Origin: an uncultured Planctomycetia bacterium
GTDB lineage: Bacteria; Omnitrophota; Gorgyraeia; Duberdicusellales; Duberdicusellaceae
Length of the DNA stretch: 64,000 nt
Assembly: GCA_964634935.1 (NCBI GenBank)
Contig: CAZWJT010000005.1
Location: 7,128 to 71,127, forward strand
Reading direction: 5' to 3'
Position numbers and translations under genes: made by a program. Shown here one piece after another: positions 9,832 to 20,280 of the stretch (position 1 is the first letter of the stretch; the number at the start of each line of letters is the position of its first letter). Under the pieces are notes generated by a model. The model had not been told where the DNA came from, searched no databases, and worked only from the letters and a program-made list of their open reading frames with translations.

Positions 9832-11421
9832 TTAAGGGATAAAAGTGTATTTTTGTTCCTTCTTCGGAACCCACCAATCGATAAAATTATACCAATACCC
9901 GCCAAGAGCTGGAGCAATACCACGGAAGCGTTTCTGCAAAGCAGAAAGATTGTGCGGGGAGCAAAGAAACATGTACGGCTGCTCATCGTAGATAATCTGC
10001 CGTATTTGGTAATAGAGTTTTTTCCTTTTCTCGATGTCGAACTCCCGGCGGGCTTCTATCAAAAGAGCGTCCACTTTGCTATTTTGATACAACCCGAAAT
10101 TAAATTCGCCTGGCTTAGTTTTGCTAGAGTGAAAAATATCATAAAGATCGGGATCCCGGGCTAAATTCCATCCGAGTAAAACAGCGTCAAATTTTCTCTT
10201 ACCGATAATCTCGTCAATAAAAACAGCCCACTCGATGATTCTGATTTCGACTTTTACCCCAACATCAGCAAGCCTCTTTTGAATAATTTCGGCGCTCATT
10301 TGCCGTTGTAAATTTCCCTGGTTGGTAAATAATGTAATTTGAAAAAGGGTGCCGTTTTTCTCTAAAATACCATCCCCGTCGGCATCGGAAAAACCTGCTT
10401 GTTGGAGTAGAAGACGCGCGCGAGCAGGGTCAAATGGGTCTCCGGAAGCCGAAAAATCATAAGCCCAGCTCTCCTGAGTAAACGGACCGTGAGAACTTTC
10501 GGCTTGGCCCAAGTATACTGCCTGTATGATTTCCTGCTTATTAACGGCATAGTTTAAAGCCTTACGTACCTGAACATCCCGCAAAAACTGATGATTCAGA
10601 TTGTATCCAACATAAAGAAAACTATTTGACGGGTACTTGAATTTGGTCAAATGATTCTTGAAAATTCTTGACTGAGCGTGCTTTAAGTATTGTAGCGGAG
10701 TAAGCGAGGTATTATCGACTCCTTGAGTTAACAACTCAAGGAACATCGTCGCATCATCGGAAATGAGCCGGAAAATAACCCGGTCAATATGTGGACTGCC
10801 TTCAAAGTATTTCTTCCAGACACCTAACTCGATTTTCCCCGAAGCAAGCCATTTTCGGAACCGATAGGGACCGGTACCGATTGGATTACGGGCAAATGAA
10901 GTACGAATAATGTCTTCTTTTTCGAGGCAATGCTTGGGCACGATACTCATACCCCAGCTGCTTAAAGCAGGAGAAAAAGGTTCCTTATAAATAACTTCGA
11001 TGGTATAGGGATCACGCACAAGCAGCTGTTCAACTCTTTTAAAATCTTCACTGTAGGGGGTCGGAGTTTGCGGGTCAATAATTTTTTGGAAAGTAAACTC
11101 AACGTCTTCGGCGGTAAAAGGAGTGTCGTCGTGCCACAATACATCCTTTCGTAAATGAAAAATAATCCGTTTCCCCCCTTCAAGAACCTCCCATGATTCC
11201 GCTAAATCGCCAACCAGTTTTAAATCTTTGTCGTATTTCACAAGACCATTATAAAGAAATGAACACACAGATCCTGAGGCGCTATCAGAAGCAAGAAACG
11301 GAATAAGGGTTCGTGGCTGGGCGATCTGCCCAATAACTATGGCGTCTCCGTTTTCTTGGGCATAAGAAGCGGTGAAAAAGAAAAACACCGCACAGAAAAA
11401 ACTAAGGAGTTTTTTTCTCAC
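9832..11421 (-). CDS. ABC transporter substrate-binding protein, family 5 (peptide/nickel type)
   Basis: About 530 aa. The preferred start is the GTG at 11421..11419, giving the signal peptide (M)RKKLLSFFCAVFFFFTASYAQ. The ORF-track start at 11526 would run deep into secG. The body resembles SBP_bac_5 (OppA/DppA). Confidence 0.8.
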   Translation of the reverse strand: MRKKLLSFFCAVFFFFTASYAQENGDAIVIGQIAQPRTLIPFLASDSASGSVCSFLYNGLVKYDKDLKLVGDLAESWEVLEGGKRIIFHLRKDVLWHDDTPFTAEDVEFTFQKIIDPQTPTPYSEDFKRVEQLLVRDPYTIEVIYKEPFSPALSSWGMSIVPKHCLEKEDIIRTSFARNPIGTGPYRFRKWLASGKIELGVWKKYFEGSPHIDRVIFRLISDDATMFLELLTQGVDNTSLTPLQYLKHAQSRIFKNHLTKFKYPSNSFLYVGYNLNHQFLRDVQVRKALNYAVNKQEIIQAVYLGQAESSHGPFTQESWAYDFSASGDPFDPARARLLLQQAGFSDADGDGILEKNGTLFQITLFTNQGNLQRQMSAEIIQKRLADVGVKVEIRIIEWAVFIDEIIGKRKFDAVLLGWNLARDPDLYDIFHSSKTKPGEFNFGLYQNSKVDALLIEARREFDIEKRKKLYYQIRQIIYDEQPYMFLCSPHNLSALQKRFRGIAPALGGYWYNFIDWWVPKKEQKYTFIP

Positions 11422-11785
11422 TTTCTTGTACCGGAGGAGGCGTAACCTCTTGTACTGGCGCAACGGGGGTGGCTGCAGCCGGAGTTTCACTGGGGATAAC
11501 ATCCTCAGGAATACCGGGCACCTCAAGGGAAACTCCGCTTAATTTCTCAAGCTTTGAACGACCTCTTTCTTTTGAAAGAAACGCAAGGGCTGTGGAAGTA
11601 AGAAAAAAACAAATAGCTAAGATTGTTGTTGAGCGTACCAAAAAAGAACTTGTTTTTGTGCCGAATAAACTTTCCACTCCCGCTAGCGACTCGACAAGCC
11701 CCCCACCCCTACCTCGTTGCATGAGAATTACCGCAAGGAGAAGAACGGAAATAATAATATGAAGAATTAATAAAAATGTATACAT
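11402..11785 (-). CDS. secG: Preprotein translocase subunit SecG with a Pro/Thr/Val-rich C-terminal tail
   Basis: MYTFLLILHIIISVLLLAVILMQRGRGGGL...FG is the SecG signature. It lies downstream of tpiA, as in many bacteria. The C-terminal 40 residues are low-complexity (PAAATPVAPVQEVTPPPVQ). Confidence 0.75.
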   Translation of the reverse strand: MYTFLLILHIIISVLLLAVILMQRGRGGGLVESLAGVESLFGTKTSSFLVRSTTILAICFFLTSTALAFLSKERGRSKLEKLSGVSLEVPGIPEDVIPSETPAAATPVAPVQEVTPPPVQESEKKTP

Positions 11786-11787
11786 AT

Positions 11788-12546
11788 TTATTCCGTTGAT
11801 TGCTTTACGATTTCTATAAACGACTCTGCCTTCAGTGACGCACCCCCTACGAGTGCCCCATCAATATCATGTTCCGCCATAAGTTCAGAAATATTCTCTG
11901 GTTTTACGCTTCCCCCGTAAAGAATAGAAACGCGCTCAGCGGTAATACTGCCATATAATTCCCCAATGAGCTTACGAATGAAACTATGTACTTCCTCAGC
12001 CTGCACAGGAGTAGCATTTACTCCGGTTCCAATAGCCCAAACAGGCTCATACGCGATGGTTATCGTTTGAGCTTGATGTTCCGGAATGGCTGAAAATCCT
12101 CCTTTGATCTGGGAAGAAACGACTGAAAGCGTTCGTTCGGCTTGACGCTCCTGTAGTGTCTCGCCAACGCAGAGAATAGGGATAAGATTTTCGGAAAGCG
12201 CAGCTTTTACTTTTTTATTGACTGTTTCATCGGTCTCGGCAAAATACTTGCGCCGTTCAGAGTGTCCGATAATCACATAACGACACCCTGCATCTTGTAC
12301 CATCGGCGCAGATATCGCTCCGGTAAAAGCACCTTCTTTTTCCCAGAATAAATCCTGCGCTCCCAACTGTATTCGAGAACCTGAAAGTGCGTGCGAAACA
12401 GAAGAAAGAGCCGTAAAAACAGGACAAACTACAACCGCGGCCTTATCTTGCTCGTCAAGAACCAAGCGTAGCTGCTTGACCAGTTCCAGGGCTTCTGGAA
12501 TAGTTTTGTACATCTTCCAGTTACCGGCAATAAGCGGCTTTCTCAT
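11788..12546 (-). CDS. tpiA: Triosephosphate isomerase
   Basis: The [15 protein letters not shown] start and [11 protein letters not shown] active-site region are classic TIM. Confidence 0.9.
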   Translation of the reverse strand: MRKPLIAGNWKMYKTIPEALELVKQLRLVLDEQDKAAVVVCPVFTALSSVSHALSGSRIQLGAQDLFWEKEGAFTGAISAPMVQDAGCRYVIIGHSERRKYFAETDETVNKKVKAALSENLIPILCVGETLQERQAERTLSVVSSQIKGGFSAIPEHQAQTITIAYEPVWAIGTGVNATPVQAEEVHSFIRKLIGELYGSITAERVSILYGGSVKPENISELMAEHDIDGALVGGASLKAESFIEIVKQSTE

Positions 12547-12551
12547 TTGTG

Positions 12552-13736
12552 TTATTGGGCTTTATTTGGAATAATAGCAATACCGGGAAGCTCTTTCCCC
12601 TCGAGAAACTCGAGAGAAGCCCCGCCACCAGTAGAAACATGCGATACTTTATCGAGAACTTTAAACTTCTTTGCGGCTGCCGCAGAATCTCCTCCGCCAA
12701 CCACAACTGTTGCTTGAATTTTTGCCAGAAATTTTACGATATCTTTGGTTCCTTTTGCGTAGGCAGGATTCTCAAATATCCCTACTGGTCCGTTTAAAAG
12801 AACTGTTTTTGCCGTTTTGAGTGCCCGCTTGAAAGCCCGGATAGTTTTCGGCCCAATATCAATCCCTTTCGTTCCCGCAGGAATATCGGAAACAATCTTT
12901 TTTGTTTCCGGCTTCTCAAGGTCATCGACAACGAGGTGATCTAAGGGAAGAATTATTTTGACTCCTTTGGCAAAAGCTTCAGAAAGAATTTTCTTGGCTA
13001 ATTCGATCTTATCTTCCTCAACTCGCGAAGCTCCAACGGAAATGCCTTGAGCCTTCAGGAACGTATACGCCATTGCCCCGCCGATGAGAAAAACATCGAC
13101 TTTGGCGAGAAGCTGCTCAATGATACCTATTTTGTCGGAAACCTTTGCGCCACCGAGAACCGCTACAAACGGTTTTTCTGGGTTAAAAGCAACTTTGCTT
13201 AAATAATTTATTTCTTTTTCAATCAAGAAACCGATGCAAGCGGTTGGAATAAACTTCGCAATAATTGTCGTGGAAGCGTGAGCCCGGTGGGCAGTTCCAA
13301 AAGCGTCATTGACATAGATATCGGCGAACGAAGCAAGTTCTTTAGAGAAATTCTCATCGCCAGCTTCTTCTTCAGAATGAAACCGTAAATTTTCCAGGAG
13401 GATAACCCGTTTTTTGGTTCTCCCAATCGTCCTCCTCACCGAATCACCGACACAATCAGGAAGCGCTTGAACTTTTTCCCCGAGAAGTTTCTGAAGCTTT
13501 TTCGCAATCGGCTTCAGGCGTAAAGATTCATCTACTCCTTTCGGCCTACCCAAATGACTCATTAAAATAACTTTAGCCGCTCCCTGTTCTAAAATATACT
13601 GTATTGTCGGAAGCGAGGCGCGGATACGGGCATCATCGGAAATTTTCCCTTTTTCATTAAACGGCACGTTGTAATCAACGCGCACAATGATTCTTTTTCC
13701 TTTCAGATCAACGTCACGAACGGTTACTTTATTCAT
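12552..13736 (-). CDS. pgk: Phosphoglycerate kinase
   Basis: 394 aa. RVDYNVP, the MSHLGRPKG hinge, and the C-terminal GGGASLE motifs are all present. Confidence 0.95.
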   Translation of the reverse strand: MNKVTVRDVDLKGKRIIVRVDYNVPFNEKGKISDDARIRASLPTIQYILEQGAAKVILMSHLGRPKGVDESLRLKPIAKKLQKLLGEKVQALPDCVGDSVRRTIGRTKKRVILLENLRFHSEEEAGDENFSKELASFADIYVNDAFGTAHRAHASTTIIAKFIPTACIGFLIEKEINYLSKVAFNPEKPFVAVLGGAKVSDKIGIIEQLLAKVDVFLIGGAMAYTFLKAQGISVGASRVEEDKIELAKKILSEAFAKGVKIILPLDHLVVDDLEKPETKKIVSDIPAGTKGIDIGPKTIRAFKRALKTAKTVLLNGPVGIFENPAYAKGTKDIVKFLAKIQATVVVGGGDSAAAAKKFKVLDKVSHVSTGGGASLEFLEGKELPGIAIIPNKAQ

Positions 13737-13871
13737 CGGGTCCTCCTTTTGGCAGTTCCACGCACATAAAAAGTAAAACGTATTATAGCATGATTTCCAG
13801 GGATGTCAATTTATCCCTGAAAATGAAAATGTCAGAAAAAATCAGCAAAATCAGGCGTGTTTTAATAGAAA

Positions 13872-13900
13872 AGGTGCGAGGTATACACCCCGCACCTTTT
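13872..13900 (-). terminator. Putative intrinsic terminator hairpin just downstream of gap (flanked by A-run and T-run, so possibly bidirectional)
   Basis: aaaaGGTGCGaggtatacacccCGCACCtttt is a 6-bp GC stem flanked by A4 and T4. It lies in the 178-nt gap between gap and pgk. Confidence 0.4.
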
Positions 13901-13914
13901 GCGAGCTAATTCGG

Positions 13915-14934
<1,020 letters not shown>

Positions 14935-14956
14935 TTAGTTTTACAATAAATGGTTA

Positions 14957-15967
14957 TTAATATAGGGTAATTTCCTTACGTAGATACCGGGCGGAAACTT
15001 CGGGCGGAGTCTCAACCACGTAAAAACCACTCCCCCACTCAAAACCGGCGATTCGAGTCAATTTCGGCATGATTTCAATATGCCAATGAAACCCTGGATA
15101 TGTTTCCGTGTTAACCGGAGACGTATGCACAATATAATTATAGGGAGGGTCCCTCAGCACTTCTCGGAGCCGCCCGATGCTTTGTTTTAAAATCAGGGAA
15201 AGCAAAGTAATTTTGGCATCCGTAATCATCACAAAATCATTTTCGTGTTCTTTGGGCATAATCCACACCTCAAAAGGGAAGCGGGAAAACAAAGGACAAA
15301 AAGCGATGAATGAATCATTCTCAAAAATAATTCGTTCACGGTTGTTCGAAAGTTCCTGGGTCACCATATCACAAAAGATGCAGCGCTCGTGGTAGCTCAA
15401 ATAGCGCTCTGCTCCCTTAATTTCTTCCTGCACATTTTTGGGAACCATGGGAAGCGCGATAAGTTGTGAATGACCATGCTCAAGCGAAGCTCCGGCGGCT
15501 TCTCCGACATTTTTAAAAAGAAGAATGTATTTAAAACGCTTATCGTTTCTCAGATCAAGACTCCGCGAACGATACTTGCTGAGCATTACTTCGACTTCTC
15601 TATCGTCTAGCTCAGAAATACCCTTAAAGTGATAGGGGCTATCGACAATAACTTCATGCGCTCCGATTCCATTTGACATATCATACATACCGACCGCCTG
15701 CTTATCAAGCGTACCTTCGATCCGTAAGGCAGGAAATTTATTTGGCACAACCCGGCTCATCCAGCCGCTCGTATTCGCCAAGGTATTTGCTGGTCGCACC
15801 GCTTCAATTTCAGGGGGAGTCATCGCTTCGTTACCAGGACAAAACGGACAACCTTTCTCTCCCTTCCAAACATGTTGATCAATATGAAAATCACGCGGCG
15901 AAAAAGGACGATCGGTATTCGTAATCACCCAACGCCCCGTAATAGGATCTTTGCGTATCTCCGACAT
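14957..15967 (-). CDS. GalT-like HIT-family nucleotidyltransferase (galactose-1-phosphate uridylyltransferase family), paralog 1 with an intact HxHxQ motif
   Basis: 336 aa. It has the zinc site CPFCPGNE. FKNVGEAAGASLEHGHSQLIALP aligns to the E. coli GalT FENKGAAMGCSNPHPHGQ segment (HxH nucleophile motif). Confidence 0.8.
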   Translation of the reverse strand: MSEIRKDPITGRWVITNTDRPFSPRDFHIDQHVWKGEKGCPFCPGNEAMTPPEIEAVRPANTLANTSGWMSRVVPNKFPALRIEGTLDKQAVGMYDMSNGIGAHEVIVDSPYHFKGISELDDREVEVMLSKYRSRSLDLRNDKRFKYILLFKNVGEAAGASLEHGHSQLIALPMVPKNVQEEIKGAERYLSYHERCIFCDMVTQELSNNRERIIFENDSFIAFCPLFSRFPFEVWIMPKEHENDFVMITDAKITLLSLILKQSIGRLREVLRDPPYNYIVHTSPVNTETYPGFHWHIEIMPKLTRIAGFEWGSGFYVVETPPEVSARYLRKEITLY

Positions 15968-15970
15968 AAC

Positions 15971-16999
15971 TCAGCTTACCACTTCTGGGTTCTTTAAAAA
16001 TTTTGCCGCTTCTTCCGGCGGAACAGGACAGATATAAAAACCACTCCCCCACTCAAAACCGGCAACTAATGTCAGACGAGGGATGATCTCCAAATGCCAA
16101 TGGTAATCCTCTTCGATGGTTGTCCAATATCCTTTCCGTTCTCGACGAAACGGAGCGCTGTGAATCACATAATTGTATGGCGGGTCTCCCAGTAGTTTTT
16201 TTAACCGCGAGAGGATTTCTTTCAACACCACCGCTAAGCTTCGAGACTCCTCGGGATTAATATGCTGAAAATCAGCGCTATGGCGTTTTGGCATCACCCA
16301 CACTTCAAAAGGAAATCTCGGAGCAAAAGGAGCCACGGCGACAATGCCGTCAACTTCGAGAATAACTCGCTTCTGTTCAGTTAATTCCTGCTTGACAAGA
16401 TCGCAGAAAACGCACCGTTCATGATACTCAAAGTATGATTTTGCGCCCGCCAGTTCCTCTTTCACCCGTTTCAATACTACGGGTGTTGCAATAATCTGAG
16501 AACGCGCATGGCGCACTCTGCCCCCTCCTGCTTTCCATCCATAATTCTTAAAAATAAGGACATACTTTATCCTTTTATCCTGTTCAAGGGTCTTTATCCG
16601 TTCCGCATAGGCAGTAAGCACCTTTTCTATCTGCGTAGTTTCCAGATCAGCCATATTTGCAATATGCTGAGGGGTTTCGATCACAACCTCGTGGCTGCCA
16701 GTCGCACCCATAAGATCATACAGGCCAACGCCCTTCTTCCATAGTTCATTGTCTAACTTAAGAAAAGGAGAGATGCTCGGAACAACGCGGATATCCCAGC
16801 CGGGAGCATTTGACTGAGGATGAGCGCGACGAATAGCAAATAACTCGGACGGCGTGTTCCCTTCCTTTTGTTCGCAGAAGGGACACTCTCCCTCTTGAGG
16901 GCCATCGTTGACTTTTTTAAAATCATTTGGTCTTTTGGCCCGTTCGGTCGAAATGATAACCCATCTCCCGAGAACCGGATCTTTCCTTAATTCAGGCAT
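15971..16999 (-). CDS. GalT-like HIT-family protein, paralog 2; the nucleophile His position is occupied by Arg
   Basis: The preferred start is the ATG at 16999..16997 (MPELRKDPVLGRWVI...); the 67-codon ORF-track extension was rejected. It has the zinc site CPFCEQKE. The active-site segment is FKNYGWKAGGGRVRHARSQIIATP, that is H-A-R-S-Q instead of H-x-H-x-Q. Confidence 0.75.
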   Translation of the reverse strand: MPELRKDPVLGRWVIISTERAKRPNDFKKVNDGPQEGECPFCEQKEGNTPSELFAIRRAHPQSNAPGWDIRVVPSISPFLKLDNELWKKGVGLYDLMGATGSHEVVIETPQHIANMADLETTQIEKVLTAYAERIKTLEQDKRIKYVLIFKNYGWKAGGGRVRHARSQIIATPVVLKRVKEELAGAKSYFEYHERCVFCDLVKQELTEQKRVILEVDGIVAVAPFAPRFPFEVWVMPKRHSADFQHINPEESRSLAVVLKEILSRLKKLLGDPPYNYVIHSAPFRRERKGYWTTIEEDYHWHLEIIPRLTLVAGFEWGSGFYICPVPPEEAAKFLKNPEVVS

Positions 17000-17090
17000 G
17001 AGTATTTTCTTTTTTAAATAATTATGCTGTATTATAACAACCTGGGAAAAACTTGCAAGATTTAAAATAGGCGTGGGGAAGGAAGATGGA

Positions 17091-17810
17091 TTACAAGAAT
17101 TTTTTTGCCTGTGCGATAGCTTCAGGGAGCGAAAGCACTCCTTCATAAAGAGCTTTACCGACGATTGCCCCCCAAGCTCCAAACTCCGCGATCTTCTCAA
17201 TATCAGCCAGAGACGAAACGCCGCCGGAAACGATAAAATGGCACGGGAAATCTTTGATGAACTTCTGGGTTTTTTCCAGCTCAGCCCCTTGCATCATCCC
17301 ATCACGCGAAATATCAGTATAGATAATCCACTGAATCCCCTTCTGCACAAGCATTTCAAAAGCAGATTGAACCGGAATATCCGCAGTCTGTTGCCATCCA
17401 AGCGTAGCAACATATCCATCTTTCACGTCAACACTCACCGCTATCTGTTCTGCTGAAAACTTTGCCAAAAGATGTTCAAGTAGGTTTCCGGCAAAAGCTT
17501 TCGTACCGATGATAATCCGAGAAACCCCTTCATCGAGCAACATGCGCGCCTTGGCAAAATCCCTGATTCCTCCACCGGTCTGCAGTGGTATACCGGTTGC
17601 TACGATTTTCTGGATAACTTCGAAATTATCCAAGCCCGTAGAAAATGCCGCATCTAAATCGACCACATGAAGAAAATCGGCTCCTTGATCCTTCCAGCGT
17701 TGAGCGTATTCGAGAGGATCTTTCGAATAGACAATTTTTTCCGCAAGTTTCCCTTGCCGAAGACGGACTACTTCTCCGTTTAAAAGATCGATGGCCGGAA
17801 TTATTTTCAT
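17091..17810 (-). CDS. hisA: ProFAR isomerase HisA
   Basis: MKIIPAIDLLNGEVVRL...; (beta/alpha)8 HisA/HisF family. It is immediately downstream of hisH with a 4-nt overlap. Confidence 0.9.
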   Translation of the reverse strand: MKIIPAIDLLNGEVVRLRQGKLAEKIVYSKDPLEYAQRWKDQGADFLHVVDLDAAFSTGLDNFEVIQKIVATGIPLQTGGGIRDFAKARMLLDEGVSRIIIGTKAFAGNLLEHLLAKFSAEQIAVSVDVKDGYVATLGWQQTADIPVQSAFEMLVQKGIQWIIYTDISRDGMMQGAELEKTQKFIKDFPCHFIVSGGVSSLADIEKIAEFGAWGAIVGKALYEGVLSLPEAIAQAKKFL

Positions 17811-18418
17811 AGCGAAAGAAAATTCTTAAAAAATCTTAACCCATTGGATTGACTTTTCTCTGGATGGAACTGGACCGCACAGCAATTGTTTTCAGCAATT
17901 GCGCTTGCGAAATCTATTCCGTATCGCGTAGTCGAAAGTATTTGGGCTTTTCTTTTCGGAGTCACGTAGAAAGAATGCGCGAAGTAAAAAAAACTTCCAT
18001 CCGGAATCCCCTGAAACATTTTGCGTGCTAAGACGTTGTTCCTGCAGATCTTTACGCTATTCCAACCCATGTGCGGGACAATTTGATTCCTGGGGAAACG
18101 CCGAACACGACCAGGGAAAATATCAAGACCTTTTTCCTTTTTTGATTCAGCGCTTTTCTCAAAAAGCATCTGAAACCCAACACAGATACCTAAAAATGCC
18201 TTGTCGCGTTCAATGTGTTTTTTCACGCTCTCCAGCAAATTTCTCTCCCGCAAACCAACCATACCAGCTCCAAAGTCGCCAACTCCCGGAAGAATGAGCT
18301 TTTCCGCTTTTCGTACCACACCCGGGCAGGCAGAAACCTTAGCCTTAAATCCGACATACGCAACTGCTTTTAGAACACTGCGAAGATTGCCAATACCACT
18401 GTCAACGATAACAATCAC
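17807..18418 (-). CDS. hisH: Imidazole glycerol phosphate synthase, glutamine amidotransferase subunit HisH
   Basis: MIVIVDSGIGNLRSV..., class I GATase (GICVGFQML, HPEKS). Confidence 0.9.
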   Translation of the reverse strand: MIVIVDSGIGNLRSVLKAVAYVGFKAKVSACPGVVRKAEKLILPGVGDFGAGMVGLRERNLLESVKKHIERDKAFLGICVGFQMLFEKSAESKKEKGLDIFPGRVRRFPRNQIVPHMGWNSVKICRNNVLARKMFQGIPDGSFFYFAHSFYVTPKRKAQILSTTRYGIDFASAIAENNCCAVQFHPEKSQSNGLRFFKNFLSL

Positions 18419-19005
18419 AAAGTACCCTTTGTCGTAGGAAGCCCTTTTTTGCGCGGATCTTTTGAAACCGCCATATGTAAACTTACCGCCAAAGCCTTAA
18501 AACACGCCTCAATAATATGGTGAAAATCCTCTCCCTTAAGCACATCAATATGTAGAGTCATTCGACTGGAGTTCGTAAACCCCCGGAGAAACTGTTGGAA
18601 ATAGTTTAGACTGTACCCCTCTTCGGTAATTTTTTTCTTGGGCATTTCACAGGCAAGATAAGGCCTGCCACTGATGTCCGTGACAACCCGAACCATGGCT
18701 TCATCGAGAACCGCATAACCGATCCCAAAGCGGGTAAGCGCTGTCTTGTCTGAAAGCGCCTTCGCAAACGCCTCACCGAGCACAATACCCAAATCTTCAT
18801 TGGTGTGGTGAATGTCTATTTCCAAATCACCTCTGGCGCACACAAAAAGATCAAAAACCCCATGTTTGGTAAAAAGTGAAAGCATGTGATCGAGAAAAGG
18901 AATACCTGTCGTTATCTTATAAAAACCCTTACCATCGATAGCAAGCCGGACATCGATGTTTGTTTCTTTCGTAGTGCGAGTAACGCGTGCGGTTCTTTTT
19001 TTCAT
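18415..19005 (-). CDS. hisB: Imidazoleglycerol-phosphate dehydratase HisB
   Basis: 196 aa. RTTKETNIDVRLAIDGKG..., with the DLEIDIHHTNED and HHIIEACFKA metal-binding motifs. Confidence 0.9.
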   Translation of the reverse strand: MKKRTARVTRTTKETNIDVRLAIDGKGFYKITTGIPFLDHMLSLFTKHGVFDLFVCARGDLEIDIHHTNEDLGIVLGEAFAKALSDKTALTRFGIGYAVLDEAMVRVVTDISGRPYLACEMPKKKITEEGYSLNYFQQFLRGFTNSSRMTLHIDVLKGEDFHHIIEACFKALAVSLHMAVSKDPRKKGLPTTKGTL

Positions 19006-19026
19006 GACTACCTTCCTTGTCTCTGG

Positions 19027-20247
19027 TTACACAAGTCTTATCTGCACACTCTCAAGATGTTTCTTCATTCCTTCGAGTGTCGCTATTTTTTCAAGAGAAT
19101 CTTTCTCATTCATCAGGGCTTTTTTCGAATAATTCACGATGTGGGTACGTTTCAAAAAATCGTGCACCGAAAGCCCAGAAGAAAACCGGGCAGTTCCAGC
19201 AGTCGGCAAAACATGACTTGGACCAGCGCTGTAATCACCTAAAGCCACCGGTGTATAATCTCCAACAAAAATGGCTGCTGCATGCTTAACTTTTCGGATA
19301 AATTTTGAGGATTGTTTAATCATAATTTCTAGATGTTCAGGGGCAATCTTATTTACAACATCTAGAGCTTCATTGAGATTCTTTACTACGATAAGATACG
19401 CATTTGTATTGACTGCTTTCAGTTCTCGGGCTAGAAATTTACAAGGCGTAATTACTACCCCGATACCATTCCGATGCTCAGTTTGAGCCTCTAAATCCTT
19501 AATGATATACGGAGCGCTGCTTTTTCTCCCGGCGACAATAACCACCTCAGAAGGTCCCGCAAGCATATCAATAGCAACAACACCAAATACTTGCCGTTTC
19601 GCCTCGGTAACATATTCATTACCGGGTCCGACTATCTTATCAACCTTGGACACGGTTTCTGTTCCATAAGCAAGGGCAGCGATCGCTTGGGCGCCCCCTA
19701 TTTTATAGATATTCTTGATTTTCAGCATTGACGCCACTGCGAGAATATACGGATTAATGTAGCCTTGCTGGTTTGGAGGAGAAGCTAAAACCACCTCTTT
19801 TACCCCAGCCACAAGCGCCGGAATAACACACATGTATACCGACGACACAAGCGGTGCTTGCCCGGAAGGTATGTAAACCCCTACTTTTTCGAGCGGCAAG
19901 AATCGCTCTTCCAGTGTTTTTCCTTCAGCAAGCCGTATGCGGCAGCTACGAGGCAGCTGTTTCTTGTAAAATGCCGTCACATTCTCGATAATACCCTTTA
20001 AGGCGTAAATAATGCCAGAGTTGAGCTCATTAAACGCGCCGCTAATTTCCGCCTCAGAAACTCTTATATTTTTCGGAGCAATGCGCACCCGGTCAAATTT
20101 ACGTGTATAGTGGACGACCGCTTCATCTTTCTTGCTGCGAACATCTTCAAGTATTTTGGAAACGACTTTCGTAATCCTCTTCTTGGTATGGGCGCCCCGC
20201 TGGACAAGTTTATGGAAAAGCTTTGAATTCTTTCTTACCAAAATCAT
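19027..20247 (-). CDS. hisD: Histidinol dehydrogenase HisD
   Basis: 406 aa. GGAQAIAALAYGTE and the C-terminal SHVLPT...SVHDF motifs are present. Confidence 0.9.
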   Translation of the reverse strand: MILVRKNSKLFHKLVQRGAHTKKRITKVVSKILEDVRSKKDEAVVHYTRKFDRVRIAPKNIRVSEAEISGAFNELNSGIIYALKGIIENVTAFYKKQLPRSCRIRLAEGKTLEERFLPLEKVGVYIPSGQAPLVSSVYMCVIPALVAGVKEVVLASPPNQQGYINPYILAVASMLKIKNIYKIGGAQAIAALAYGTETVSKVDKIVGPGNEYVTEAKRQVFGVVAIDMLAGPSEVVIVAGRKSSAPYIIKDLEAQTEHRNGIGVVITPCKFLARELKAVNTNAYLIVVKNLNEALDVVNKIAPEHLEIMIKQSSKFIRKVKHAAAIFVGDYTPVALGDYSAGPSHVLPTAGTARFSSGLSVHDFLKRTHIVNYSKKALMNEKDSLEKIATLEGMKKHLESVQIRLV

Positions 20248-20280
20248 CTTTTTCCTCGTACTTTTCTAAACCAATGATTA

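Noticed and set aside
9801-9986. 62-codon N-terminal extension of the OppB-like permease, and similar extensions on galT-like paralog 2 (17000..17200), rpiB (28187..28312), xseA (34789..34905), and the NAD/FAD oxidoreductase (30806..30847)
   Set aside because: The extensions overlap upstream genes. They lack homology to the N-termini of the respective families. Internal ATGs with the canonical family N-terminal sequences exist, and these were verified in the sequence as cat on the plus strand.
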